Below, piece by piece: positions 7,092-16,855 of a stretch of 24,161 bases of DNA; positions within the stretch are counted from its first letter, which is position 1, and each line of letters opens with the position of its first letter. The notes under the pieces are model-generated. The model saw only the letters and a list, made by a program, of their open reading frames with translations, did not search any database and had not been told where the DNA came from. The position numbers and the translations under genes were made by a program. Source of the DNA: a virus (taxonomy: Duplodnaviria > Caudoviricetes); the IMG/VR virus record IMGVR_UViG_3300023252_000018, positions 1-24,161 of that record; one strand, 5' to 3'.

Positions 7092-8199
7092 CGACCAAAC
7101 CTCCTAAAGTCAAAGAAGTGGTTGTTGGATGCGCTACTTCCTTGTCCTTCACTTCAATAAACATCGGCGAATGAACGGCCACACGTGAAGCTCCTGCTTG
7201 TTTTAATCGTGCGATTAGTTCGGATAAATCCACATCACGCCCCATTTTTTCCCGCTGCCACTTCAAGTAAGCTTCAAATGCAGCCCTCACTTGTGTTTCG
7301 ATAATGCTTGAAACCGTCGCATTTTTTCGGGCAATCCAATATTCTACAACTACCTCATAGCCTTTCGTTGTTGGTGCATTGATAGCTACCTTATCAGTGA
7401 GCGGGCGAACTCTTTTAGATGAAACCTTTTCTTCTACCAATTTGAGCTCTTCCTCCGTTGGTAAACGACCATCCCTCATTAAGATTCGAATATCGATTTC
7501 ACCCTCCTTAGGTGTATCAGCGATAGCATCCACAATGTCCTGACTCGCGGATTTTGCCCAGTAAATATAGGCAAGTTCTGAACCAGCTACGGAGAAACTT
7601 TCAGGTGCTAATCGAATTCGTTCAGCATAAGCATCATCACTTTCCTCCTCTGCACCCCCACTAGTAATGATCGTGTTTTGGACAGATTTCACATAAGGTA
7701 AAGGCTCTACTAACGTGGCGATTTCACCAACTAAAAAGCCATTGCCCATTTCGCCTGGCTCCGTACAAGTGGCTTCAACTGTATAAAGGTGGGTACCTGG
7801 CGCAATGATATGTGCATTCTTTGTCTCAAAATAAACATCGCCAACCTGATACCTTGTTCCTGCAGGAATTGTCAGAGCATCCACACGCTCTTCTTCTAAA
7901 CTAAAAGCCATTGTTGTCTGTGCATATTTCGCTGGTAGACGCTCCGTAGACATTTCAGCACCCATATGATCTAGCATGTCATCCTCGGCATATGACAAAC
8001 GATTCTGGCGCAAAGCGTGTTCTAATTTGTTGCGCTCTATAGAAACAAATGCAGCCAATGCCTGAATAAATTTCAACCTTGGATCTGCACGCTGCAATGT
8101 TAGTCCTGTTTTTTCTCTAACATGCAACAACATTTCACTTTCAATTTGTTCGGGTGCTTTTTCTAAAAAATATAAATCAGGTAAATTAAAACGACTCAT
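7084..8199 (-). CDS. Baseplate J / gp47 family protein
   Basis: LDHMG, IPAGT, G-x-x-GN, GGAEEESDD-x-Y-x-ERI, SVAG and VRPLTD motifs. Confidence 0.93.
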   Translation of the reverse strand: MSRFNLPDLYFLEKAPEQIESEMLLHVREKTGLTLQRADPRLKFIQALAAFVSIERNKLEHALRQNRLSYAEDDMLDHMGAEMSTERLPAKYAQTTMAFSLEEERVDALTIPAGTRYQVGDVYFETKNAHIIAPGTHLYTVEATCTEPGEMGNGFLVGEIATLVEPLPYVKSVQNTIITSGGAEEESDDAYAERIRLAPESFSVAGSELAYIYWAKSASQDIVDAIADTPKEGEIDIRILMRDGRLPTEEELKLVEEKVSSKRVRPLTDKVAINAPTTKGYEVVVEYWIARKNATVSSIIETQVRAAFEAYLKWQREKMGRDVDLSELIARLKQAGASRVAVHSPMFIEVKDKEVAHPTTTSLTLGGLVDD

Positions 8200-8503
8200 G
8201 AATGCTCACCACCACTTTTGGCGTTAAACGTCCTTGAAGACCATCTCCTAGTACATCTACAGCTACAACGATTGCTCGTGGTTCAAATTTGTGAATCGCT
8301 TCGGTTAAATTGGCCACTATTCTTGCTTTTGCAATCGCAATAGGTGTATCGATTACCGTCTTATCCCATCCAAACTCACGGTCCAGTGGGCAACTCATAC
8401 GAGCTGTGGCCATAATAAAAGCGACATTCTGTAGAATTTCCTCTACACCTGTCGCTCCAAAATCGATTGTTTTCATTGGTTCTGTCGGCTCAACTTCGTA
8501 CAT
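8186..8503 (-). CDS. GPW/gp25 family baseplate wedge (sheath initiator)
   Basis: EEILQNV, PLDREFG and AI-x-KFEPR motifs. Start refined to ATG 8503 (MYEVE). Confidence 0.88.
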   Translation of the reverse strand: MYEVEPTEPMKTIDFGATGVEEILQNVAFIMATARMSCPLDREFGWDKTVIDTPIAIAKARIVANLTEAIHKFEPRAIVVAVDVLGDGLQGRLTPKVVVSIHESF

Positions 8504-8507
8504 AACA

Positions 8508-9164
8508 TCACCCTTTCTTAAACGTTGAGTAAGCGTTATTCGCTGTAATATATTTGCCTCCACCAAGGCTATACCAACCATTATTCACACCGTAAACAGT
8601 CAATTGCTGATTTTTCATGGCATACCCTATCACCTTATGGTTAGTACCTGGGCCACTTCGTATATGCACCGATTTCACCGTAATGGTCATCGTTCCGAGT
8701 GCTTTTTTATTACTAGTAGCTGCTTTTTGCTGCATGTTTGTCATTGTTTTTTTAACACCCGTTTTACTTTGCACATATTCTTTTAAAGACACCGTTACTT
8801 CTACTGAAAACACATTTCCTGTTGGATCAATATTTCGTAAGCCTGCCGATAACTCCGCTATTACAAATTTGTTTGGCGAGATTGGTTTTTGTCCTAAAAT
8901 AAAGTGATGTGCTTCCCCTTTATGTTGCATGTTCTCTAACTTTGCTAATTCTTTTACAGGGTTAATGCCTTGTTCAGCACGCAATAAAAGGTTGTACGTA
9001 ATATCCGTTAGCCCCGGACCATTAAACTCTAATTTTGTCTTGTTGCCTTGGATCTCGTACTCTTCCCACTTAGCACTGCTCTTTTTCTCTAGATCGTAAA
9101 ATGTAAGAGTTTTATCCGTGGAAACTTCAAATAGGACATCACCAAAACTACCGATTGTCGCCAT
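8508..9164 (-). CDS. P2 GpU-like tail tube initiator fused to a C-terminal SH3b domain
   Basis: N-terminal IGSFGDVLFEV...LEFNGPGL...SLKEY. C-terminal VHIRSGPGTNHKVIG...NGWY is an SH3_3 signature. Confidence 0.85.
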   Translation of the reverse strand: MATIGSFGDVLFEVSTDKTLTFYDLEKKSSAKWEEYEIQGNKTKLEFNGPGLTDITYNLLLRAEQGINPVKELAKLENMQHKGEAHHFILGQKPISPNKFVIAELSAGLRNIDPTGNVFSVEVTVSLKEYVQSKTGVKKTMTNMQQKAATSNKKALGTMTITVKSVHIRSGPGTNHKVIGYAMKNQQLTVYGVNNGWYSLGGGKYITANNAYSTFKKG

Positions 9165-9179
9165 TGCTAATCCCTTCCT

Positions 9180-9587
9180 TTATGAAGTACCAGTAATCGG
9201 TAAAAGTAGTTGGCCATTTACTGTAACAGACCCTTTTGTTTGGATATTGATTTCACCCACTATATTGAGATGTAATGTATGTGTTTTAGCGTCATAATCT
9301 ATTACACTACCATCTTCGAACTCGATGCATCGTTTCTCTGGTTCGCTACAGGGTGGCTGTGTGCCTTCTGAATAAAAAGCCCCTACAATAAAGCCTTCAC
9401 TTTGTTTTGTAAATAAACAAAGTACATGTTCACCAATCTTCGGCATCCAGAAATCCTTATTTTTTAAAGTCCCGCGATATAACACACGCAAAGGAGCTGA
9501 TATTTTGTTGTCTTGCTCTTCAATTTTGACTCGCGCTGTTCCTTTTATTGGATCAATGGTTGTAACTTCGCCAACTTGTACTCGCAT
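9180..9587 (-). CDS. Baseplate assembly protein V (central spike), short form
   Basis: OB-fold motifs G-x-V-x-x-ID, ARV, WMPKIGEHVLCLF, GFIVGAFY and FEDGS-x-I-x-YD. Start refined to ATG 9587 behind GGAGGG. Confidence 0.88.
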   Translation of the reverse strand: MRVQVGEVTTIDPIKGTARVKIEEQDNKISAPLRVLYRGTLKNKDFWMPKIGEHVLCLFTKQSEGFIVGAFYSEGTQPPCSEPEKRCIEFEDGSVIDYDAKTHTLHLNIVGEINIQTKGSVTVNGQLLLPITGTS

Positions 9588-10606
9588 CAATATCCCTCCA
9601 AACATTTACGCAAATCGAGTGTCATTTTGCTTTTGTGATGTTGTACCCTCGTTACGATATACTTTCCGTTCAAACGGCCAAACCCGATTAAATCAAACGT
9701 CATGCCTGCATCGATATGCATTTCACTTATAACAACTAATTGAATCGTTGTAGCATCTTTATTCGCCTCTCTCAATCGTTTTTCCGCTAGTTTCTGAGCT
9801 TCTGCTACCGATTTAACCTCTTCCTTCACAACTAATGTACGGCCGACTTTTGGTGCCTTTGGAGGTGTGAATGTTGCCTTAATCGTCTTCTTTTTACTAG
9901 CATCATGTGACTGTACTCGGCAAGCCTTATACGTCCCAGTAAGTGTTGTATTGAATCGCCATTGAAGTACTTGAATGTTAGACGTTTCTTTACTCACGCG
10001 TAGTATTGTATCGACTACAGGTTTTGCCTCATAATCCGCCTCATCTAAAACGACAATGGCGCTATTGGATAATTTAAGACATAACCCTTCGTCTTTACAT
10101 AATCGATGCAAAAAAGCTAAATCTGTTTCAGATTCTTGCTCATAGCGATCTTTTTTAGGACTTTCGGTTGTTTCCCAAAAAAGCTTTAAACGATTGGCTT
10201 TCGCAATATCTTGTACTACTTGTCTTAGCGTCGCGTTTTCCCATGCTTTCGATTTGTATTCACCTCGAATGGAATTGGATTCTGGAACAGCTAACGCCTT
10301 AATCGTCATGTTTGTTGGTGGTCCATCACCAATTAATTCATCTACCTCAAACTTTCCTAGCTTCGTTTTTACAACGCGATCTCCCCAATGAGTTTTTGCA
10401 ATTTCAGCTTCTATCAGGGAACCTTTCGATGGGAACCAATCATTTAACCAATGCACATCTGCATCTTGTAAAACTAGCTGTAAATCATCGATTTCTCCAC
10501 TTAAATTGTCGGTATACGTCCAATCTAATAAATCGTCTCCTAACTCATCGGTCAAACGCGTATTATTGTAGGTTACATTTAACTCTGTTCGTCTTGCCAT
10601 CGTCAT
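9587..10606 (-). CDS. Phage late control D / baseplate hub protein
   Basis: YTDN-x-x-GE-x-DDLQ, LGKFEVDE and Q-x-x-ETDLAFL-x-RLC motifs; lies between X and V. Confidence 0.9.
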   Translation of the reverse strand: MTMARRTELNVTYNNTRLTDELGDDLLDWTYTDNLSGEIDDLQLVLQDADVHWLNDWFPSKGSLIEAEIAKTHWGDRVVKTKLGKFEVDELIGDGPPTNMTIKALAVPESNSIRGEYKSKAWENATLRQVVQDIAKANRLKLFWETTESPKKDRYEQESETDLAFLHRLCKDEGLCLKLSNSAIVVLDEADYEAKPVVDTILRVSKETSNIQVLQWRFNTTLTGTYKACRVQSHDASKKKTIKATFTPPKAPKVGRTLVVKEEVKSVAEAQKLAEKRLREANKDATTIQLVVISEMHIDAGMTFDLIGFGRLNGKYIVTRVQHHKSKMTLDLRKCLEGY

Positions 10607-10818
10607 ACATCATCGTGCTCCCCTAGCCACGCAGGACGTTGTGAATAAATTGCTGTATCGATGACCGGAACGTTTAAAACAATATCACCAGTAAAAATAA
10701 TTGTGTCACGATGCTTTGGATTTGCTTCAAGTAAAAGAGGGAGCAAATACTCGCTCCCCCATAACCGATAAGCAATTAAATCCCACGTATCTCCCTGGAT
10801 GGTTGTATAGCTATTCAT
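10603..10818 (-). CDS. Phage tail protein X (LysM-like)
   Basis: YTTIQGDTWDLIAYRLWG...LLEANP...PAW. Start refined to ATG 10818 behind AAGGAGG. Confidence 0.9.
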   Translation of the reverse strand: MNSYTTIQGDTWDLIAYRLWGSEYLLPLLLEANPKHRDTIIFTGDIVLNVPVIDTAIYSQRPAWLGEHDDV

Positions 10819-13579
10819 ATTGCGTCCTCCTTGATATAGCGCCGCCAGCACCTTGAATCTGCATATTGTCGATACGTGTGCGAAGGCGATTTAACGCGAC
10901 GATTACATGTTGAACAGCAGGTTGAATACCTTGGATGGATGAAACCCACCCAGTTGCTTGTCCGATGGTTGATGCTAACGTTGACATATTTGTATTGGAT
11001 AAATCGGTTGTTTCTTTTAATGAAGCAAAGGATGTAACAAACTCCGTGCTGACTTGTCCTGTATACTTAGTTAAATTGTCCATATTGGCAGCAGTCGTAC
11101 TAATACTTGTTTCTAGTTTTGTGAATGCTGTATTCGTCGTATCAAACTTAGTCGCAAGTTGTGTCGCAGCTGCATTTAATTTTGGAGTATCCACTGATTT
11201 GGTTGCCTCGGTACGTCCTTTATCAGATGGTGTTTGACTTGCAGCTCGCTGTCCTCCACGTGCGGTATCTACAGCTTTACCACCTGCCCATTTTCCGCCA
11301 ATATAACCAGCAGCTCCACCTAATAGAAGACCAAGGGTTGTACCGATTCCTGGTGCAATAGCTGTTCCGATTGCCGCTCCTAGTTTGGCACCACCAAGGC
11401 CACCTGCAAATCCACCAGTTGTTTGTGCTGTCGCTTTGACTTTATCTTTTGATTTAAAAATGTCATGAACACCCATTGCTAAACCGATTGGCGCAAAGCC
11501 TTTACCAACTCCTTTAGCAATAGTCGTTAGCGCCTTGCCTCCACCTTTCACGACATTTTTCCCTGTGTTAAAAATTTGAGATAAAGCAGATTGACTACCT
11601 TTAGGAGCTACTTTCGCTGAACGTTTGTTTGTTCCTTTAGTTTTCGATTTCTTTTCTTTTGAACTTGTTGGCGCTGTTGTGACTTCACATAAAGTTGCAG
11701 TGGCTGCTTGCGCTGCTCCCTTGGTTCTTTTTGCCTTTGATTTTTTCCCTTTTGCTTTTGTGGATGCTGTTTCAACACTTGCGATATCTTGAGAAGATGC
11801 GGAATCTTTCCTTGCTCCTTTCCCGCCCCGTTTCTCCAATGCCCATCGACCTGCACCGATAGCACCTTTTACAAGTGCTCCACCACCAAGCATCCAAGTT
11901 GCAGCACCCATGCCAAGTGCGCCTGCGAAATTGCCATTTAATGCATTACTACCGGCTGCTTTTAAAGAACTTGTAAATGCTCCGAAAAATGCTTTAACTG
12001 CTATTTCTCCAAGTTTAGAGAAGATTTTTTCCATTGCTTGGCCACCACTTCCACCTAGCCACTCCTCCGCTTTAGCAGTAGCCGTATCCAACATATAAAT
12101 GACTTTATCGCCTAATTCCATCCCATCAAAATGTTGAAATTTTGCCAAAGCTTTTTCATATTCCTTAAAGGCTTCTGGATCATGCCTGATTTCTGGTGTC
12201 AGCTTTGGTTTCACTGTTGCAAAAGGTTCTAATATTTCTCGCAAACCCCCGGCGATTTTTTCACCTAAAGATTCAATCTTAGGCATACCATCGTCAATCA
12301 TGGCTGTTAAACCTTGAAATGTATCTTTGAGCACATTTAATGTGGGAGTAGCTAAAGCAATTTGAGCTGATTCAAGTGCACTAAACATTTGCTCTTTTGC
12401 ACCGGCATAATTATCTTTCATTACGGCAGCCGCTTTTGCTGCAGCCCCACTACTATTTTCAAGCGACTTTGTCATTTCATTAATTTTAGCTGGACCAGAT
12501 CCAAATAGACTTAACATGGCGGTAGAAGCCTCAGTACCGAAAATCGTTGCCGCATACTGTACTTTTTGTGTTTCAGAAAGTTTGGCGGTTGCCTTTTCCC
12601 AATCTTGCGAAAGTTGAGTAAGACTTTTAAATTTCCCCTTAGAATCGATAGCCGTAAGGTTTAAAGCCTTTAGCGCTTTTTTGGCTTCTGATGGTGGCTT
12701 AGATAATCGAATTAAAGCCATACGCAAGGCTGTTCCGGCCTGTTCCCCAGCCAAACCTTTGTCCACTAAAATACCTGTAGACGCTGCCAACTCCTCTAAT
12801 TGAATACCAAGTGTATTAGCGACTGGCGCAGCATATTTAAATGAAAAGCCTAAATCAGCGACACCGGCAGCTGTTTTATTGGCACTCATGGCCATCACAT
12901 CGGCAACACGACTTGCCTCTTTCGCTTCCAGACCGTAAGCATTAATGGCGGATGTAACAACGTCTGAGACAAGAGCCAAATCTTCACCTGAGGCTTCTGT
13001 AGCTGCAATCAGTCCGGGCATAGCTGCCATAATTTTATTGGCGTCAAACCCTTTTGCACCGAGCTCATCCATTGCCACTGCAACCTGTGATGCAGATAAA
13101 CTTGAATTGGCGCCTAATCGTAAAGCCTCTTTATTTAACGCTGCCATTTCCATTCGAGTAGCCTCTGTTTTCGCTCCTGCTTTGGCCATCTGCGCTTCAA
13201 AATCCGCTGCTTTATTCAATGATGACAAAGCCACTGTTGTCGCTGCAACTGCAGTACCACCCACTGCCACACCTGCAGCACGTTTCGCTTTATTCATGCC
13301 ACTATCAAATGTAGCTTTCAGTGCATTAAGACGGCGTTGGCTACCTTCTAACTGTTTTAATTCACGTGCTAATTTTGCGGTACCTTCCGCATATTGTGAC
13401 TGATGAATCTTGCCATTACGAAACTCACGACCGAGGCGAGCCATCTCACGCTGTGCTTCACGTGAGCGTTTTTTTAAATCATTCAGGTTTGTTGTAGCTT
13501 TGTTAAACACATTGTTGAAGGAGCTAGCGACTTTCCCGTTAATCTCGAAAGTCATATCATATGATCTTGATCTAGCCAT
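10811..13579 (-). CDS. Tail tape measure protein (TP901-family core)
   Basis: 922 aa, Ala/Gly-rich. Core motifs AADFE-x-x-M, KYAAP-x-A, AG-x-ALR and IFG-x-EA. C-terminal glycine zipper. Follows the chaperone. Confidence 0.93.
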   Translation of the reverse strand: MARSRSYDMTFEINGKVASSFNNVFNKATTNLNDLKKRSREAQREMARLGREFRNGKIHQSQYAEGTAKLARELKQLEGSQRRLNALKATFDSGMNKAKRAAGVAVGGTAVAATTVALSSLNKAADFEAQMAKAGAKTEATRMEMAALNKEALRLGANSSLSASQVAVAMDELGAKGFDANKIMAAMPGLIAATEASGEDLALVSDVVTSAINAYGLEAKEASRVADVMAMSANKTAAGVADLGFSFKYAAPVANTLGIQLEELAASTGILVDKGLAGEQAGTALRMALIRLSKPPSEAKKALKALNLTAIDSKGKFKSLTQLSQDWEKATAKLSETQKVQYAATIFGTEASTAMLSLFGSGPAKINEMTKSLENSSGAAAKAAAVMKDNYAGAKEQMFSALESAQIALATPTLNVLKDTFQGLTAMIDDGMPKIESLGEKIAGGLREILEPFATVKPKLTPEIRHDPEAFKEYEKALAKFQHFDGMELGDKVIYMLDTATAKAEEWLGGSGGQAMEKIFSKLGEIAVKAFFGAFTSSLKAAGSNALNGNFAGALGMGAATWMLGGGALVKGAIGAGRWALEKRGGKGARKDSASSQDIASVETASTKAKGKKSKAKRTKGAAQAATATLCEVTTAPTSSKEKKSKTKGTNKRSAKVAPKGSQSALSQIFNTGKNVVKGGGKALTTIAKGVGKGFAPIGLAMGVHDIFKSKDKVKATAQTTGGFAGGLGGAKLGAAIGTAIAPGIGTTLGLLLGGAAGYIGGKWAGGKAVDTARGGQRAASQTPSDKGRTEATKSVDTPKLNAAATQLATKFDTTNTAFTKLETSISTTAANMDNLTKYTGQVSTEFVTSFASLKETTDLSNTNMSTLASTIGQATGWVSSIQGIQPAVQHVIVALNRLRTRIDNMQIQGAGGAISRRTQYE

Positions 13580-14077
13580 CTTTTTTCGCTCCTTCCTCTA
13601 ATACTTCTTCCAGTACCTCTTTCCATTCTTTAAGCGACAGAAAGGATTGTTGTGCCCAATAGTCAATGGAGGTAAAGGAATTAGAGGCCATGACAAGCAG
13701 TAATTTTCTTATATCTCTTGCGCCTCCCGTTGGACCTACAATCCTAACAAAAAATTACGAGCCGTAAAGGTCACTTCGACAAAGTCTGCGATCGATAATT
13801 TCATTAAATCATCCGGTAAAATACCTGAAGCTTTGGACGCTATTTTTAATAAAACGTGTTGATTGTAAACGGAATTGAAGCCTTCTGGGTGATCCTCTGT
13901 TTTTAATTCCGTATCAATTTGCAACACATCAGCACCCGTCATTTTGCTAAAATCCAGTTGAATTTCATTGAAAAAAGCCCCATCAATTTCGATAGGACTT
14001 TGTAAAGTAATAACTTTAATATTTGGATTTTCTACTTCTTCTTTTATTACATTTTGAACATCTTGATTATCTTTCAT
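13572..14077 (-). CDS. Tail assembly chaperone long isoform via programmed -1 frameshift (P2 E+E' / lambda GT-like), about 168 aa
   Basis: Slippery AAT TTT TTG at 13756-13748. The -1 frame is open for 59 codons to TAG at 13574-13572, overlapping the TMP start. Confidence 0.8.
13736..14077 (-). CDS. Tail assembly chaperone (P2 gpE / Mu gp41-like)
   Basis: L-x-x-PI-x-IDG, MTGAD, L-x-x-x-DF and RNFL motifs; lies between tube and TMP. Confidence 0.88.
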   Translation of the reverse strand: MKDNQDVQNVIKEEVENPNIKVITLQSPIEIDGAFFNEIQLDFSKMTGADVLQIDTELKTEDHPEGFNSVYNQHVLLKIASKASGILPDDLMKLSIADFVEVTFTARNFLLGL

Positions 14078-14098
14078 TTCTCATCCGCTCCTTTTACA

Positions 14099-14614
14099 TT
14101 AAAGTCCTAATGCTTCTCGAATTTTCGCGCTATAATCAATGCCGTCCACTTTGTAGATATAGTTATGACGATCATATTCAAACATCACTTTGCCATTGTA
14201 TTCAAGCTTTATATAGTAAACCTCAATCTCAGTTGAAGCTTCATACGGTGAGCCTTTTGCCACTTTTCCTAATGGATTTCCTAGTACAGATCCATGCACA
14301 AGTACTCTAGAAGGTACATGAGAGCGTGAACGTTTTTTTATATCATAGATTTGATTAGACATCCGTAAGTCTATTTTTAAGCTTTCTGGTTTATAAAAAT
14401 CAATTAGCTCCCCTGTAATAACACGCCAATTGAGTCTAAGCTTCATCGACTCTAAATGACCGTAATTGGGCGCTTCATATTCTCCTAAAATGCCAGCACC
14501 GTTCACAGTCTCTGCCATGAATTTTAACTCGGGTAATTCTGCATCCGTAATACCTAATAAATCAGGTTTATCATTTACGAAAACCCTAAAATCATTTATT
14601 TTTTCCGGAAACAT
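14099..14614 (-). CDS. Major tail tube protein (P2 FII-like)
   Basis: ELPEL, GAGILGE, YIKLE-x-x-G and VDG-x-D...IR-x-ALGL motifs; follows the sheath. Confidence 0.9.
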   Translation of the reverse strand: MFPEKINDFRVFVNDKPDLLGITDAELPELKFMAETVNGAGILGEYEAPNYGHLESMKLRLNWRVITGELIDFYKPESLKIDLRMSNQIYDIKKRSRSHVPSRVLVHGSVLGNPLGKVAKGSPYEASTEIEVYYIKLEYNGKVMFEYDRHNYIYKVDGIDYSAKIREALGL

Positions 14615-14625
14615 GCTTGTCCCCC

Positions 14626-16068
14626 CTAATCAGTGATAAACAATGCATTATAATAATTCACATCAAACTCTAAAATATTATCAATATCTTGCGCTGGTGT
14701 CGGTTCAGCCACTAAATAACGGAATCGTATTTTGCCGCTATTTAAATCCGTTAAAGGGTTATCTTCTTTTCTGAATTCAACGCGTCCGCCAATTAAAACC
14801 CCTTGACCTTGTAGACCATTCAACCACATCCCCATCGTATCTAACACTCTATTAATTAGACGCGGACCAACCGGCCCATCTACCATACTCCAAGTCGTTA
14901 AAATGATGGTGTTTCCTAACCAATTGTGCGTGATTCGAACAGGCGTAAAAATATCTTTGACATCCGTGTTGCCAGGGTATGCTCCCGTATAGTTCCCCCA
15001 AGCACGCCATCCACCAATAAAGTTGATCGCTGTTGTAATACCTTGGTTATTTAGCAACTCTGCTTGATCCGGTGATAAATCGATTTCTTCATAACCACTG
15101 TCTTTCTCTACTAATAATTTGGTCATTGGTAATGATTTATTAGATGGCGATTCGTGTGGAAAATCCCCATTATCATAGGCTGTTTTCATAATGCGACAAG
15201 CAATGTGAGACGAAAGGTGATACACTTTATCGCCCATGCCAACAAGTGGCCAACAAACGACTTCATTATGACCAGTATAATTGTTAGTGTTTTTCCATTC
15301 ATTGACCTTTGTATACGTATTTGCAACACGAGTATTCACATCATCTAACACCTGTGCTTTGAAGTAAGAATTGATGGATGAAGCCTTAGCTTTCATCACC
15401 GCTGCCACCGTTGGATCTTTTGAAAACTTAGGTGCAAGAACAAGCCCTGGCACCATCCCTAGTTTAGGAAATACATTGTTTAGCAACTCTAAACCTGTAC
15501 TTTTTCCAGATGCAATATCATAACCACCGATAATATGATTGTTGGTAATGACATTCGGCGTTACATAATCATAAGTGACATTGACCGTTGTTACATTGCC
15601 CTTTACTATTGCCAGTACAACTTGGCCATTTTCATTAAATGACGCCATATAGTCTTCATCATGTTTCAATTTCGTGTCATTGTTTTTAACAACTATCGAT
15701 TTTAATAAAACCCCTGTTGTTTCGATGACCCCTTTTTTATTTCGAATCGTAATGGATTCCGTTTTGCTTGTTTTATGTTTCGTTGGATCTAAAACATTTA
15801 CAAACACAACTGGTGCTACTTTAAATTGTCTAAATGCTAAATCCGCCATTTCACAAAGGGTGTAATTTGCCCAATCATCCGAGTATCCCAGTGCTTTCAC
15901 GAATTCCGCAAATGAATAAGCTAAAACAGGCTGATTCACATGTTCCTGTGTTTCAGCTAAATGAATTGGGGCTGTACCAAAAACAACAGGAAGCGTCGCT
16001 GTCGCTACTACTGGTGCAGAAATAGAAGTAGGAACTTCTCGTACTCTTGAACCATGTCGTATCATCAC
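14626..16068 (-). CDS. Contractile tail sheath protein (P2 FI-like)
   Basis: HG-x-x-V-x-E, FGTAP, NVLDP, ESPSNK, LN-x-x-GI-x-T, GWRAWGN and PTPAQ motifs. Confidence 0.95.
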   Translation of the reverse strand: MMIRHGSRVREVPTSISAPVVATATLPVVFGTAPIHLAETQEHVNQPVLAYSFAEFVKALGYSDDWANYTLCEMADLAFRQFKVAPVVFVNVLDPTKHKTSKTESITIRNKKGVIETTGVLLKSIVVKNNDTKLKHDEDYMASFNENGQVVLAIVKGNVTTVNVTYDYVTPNVITNNHIIGGYDIASGKSTGLELLNNVFPKLGMVPGLVLAPKFSKDPTVAAVMKAKASSINSYFKAQVLDDVNTRVANTYTKVNEWKNTNNYTGHNEVVCWPLVGMGDKVYHLSSHIACRIMKTAYDNGDFPHESPSNKSLPMTKLLVEKDSGYEEIDLSPDQAELLNNQGITTAINFIGGWRAWGNYTGAYPGNTDVKDIFTPVRITHNWLGNTIILTTWSMVDGPVGPRLINRVLDTMGMWLNGLQGQGVLIGGRVEFRKEDNPLTDLNSGKIRFRYLVAEPTPAQDIDNILEFDVNYYNALFITD

Positions 16069-16364
16069 TGTTTCACCCCACTAAAATAAGCTGCTGTTTT
16101 TGTAAACCACATCGATTCTACTGAATGCGCATCTAGTAAACGTTGTTGAACCTCCACGAGCTTTTCGGGGGCAATAAACATGTTGCGAAATGCCGGTGAT
16201 TTTTCAAGGTGATCTTTAAAATGCACCGGGTAACCCCCTACAAAAGAACTGAATTGTTGTAAACCGATTACAGGTGGCCCTACATAGATAAGAATCTCCT
16301 GTGGTACACTCTCTGTAATAACTTGACCTACTTGCTCCGGTGATGCTTGTTGGTTTTTAATCAT
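16065..16364 (-). CDS. Hypothetical phage protein upstream of the sheath
   Basis: IYVGP motif; overlaps both neighbours. Start uncertain (16385, 16373 or 16364; the last has a GGAG at suitable spacing). Confidence 0.7.
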   Translation of the reverse strand: MIKNQQASPEQVGQVITESVPQEILIYVGPPVIGLQQFSSFVGGYPVHFKDHLEKSPAFRNMFIAPEKLVEVQQRLLDAHSVESMWFTKTAAYFSGVKQ

Positions 16365-16851
16365 TGAAGGCATCTCCAAACTCACTCCTATCTAATTGAA
16401 CTGCTGGTGTTGCAAATTCAACTTCCATAACGCCTCGCCACAACGGTTTCATTTGCTCTTCAAAAAGCGCCATTTCGATATCACCTGATAATGAACCAGG
16501 GCCTACAAATCCGACTTCTTTTAACGCAAATTTCATCCGGTTCATGACATGCAGCGTATCTCGCCACCCTTGGCGTTCATCCTTGCTATACGTACCAATT
16601 AAAAATCTAAATTGCATCGTATTACTATCTTTTAAATTATCTTTTTCATACAAAAAACGAACAATGACGAATGGGTAGTCGTCCTGTTCGGTATCGTCAT
16701 CACCACGTCGTGCATTCTTCTTCGGTGGCAAATAGCCATCATATACTGTCGGTGGTTTCCATATATCTTCATCTTTTGTTTGTAAGCGCATATCTGCCAA
16801 AGCTTCTGTAAAAAAGGCAACTAATTCATCGGTCATATTTAAAGCATCCAT
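16357..16851 (-). CDS. Putative tail terminator / neck protein
   Basis: GYLP...DYPFVIVR pattern; position after the Z-like gene. Start refined to ATG 16851 behind GGAGG. Confidence 0.65.
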   Translation of the reverse strand: MDALNMTDELVAFFTEALADMRLQTKDEDIWKPPTVYDGYLPPKKNARRGDDDTEQDDYPFVIVRFLYEKDNLKDSNTMQFRFLIGTYSKDERQGWRDTLHVMNRMKFALKEVGFVGPGSLSGDIEMALFEEQMKPLWRGVMEVEFATPAVQLDRSEFGDAFND

Positions 16852-16855
16852 CTTA

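Noticed and set aside
257-16068. Stand-alone tailocin or extracellular contractile injection system
   Set aside because: A complete terminase, portal and capsid module is contiguous with the tail genes.
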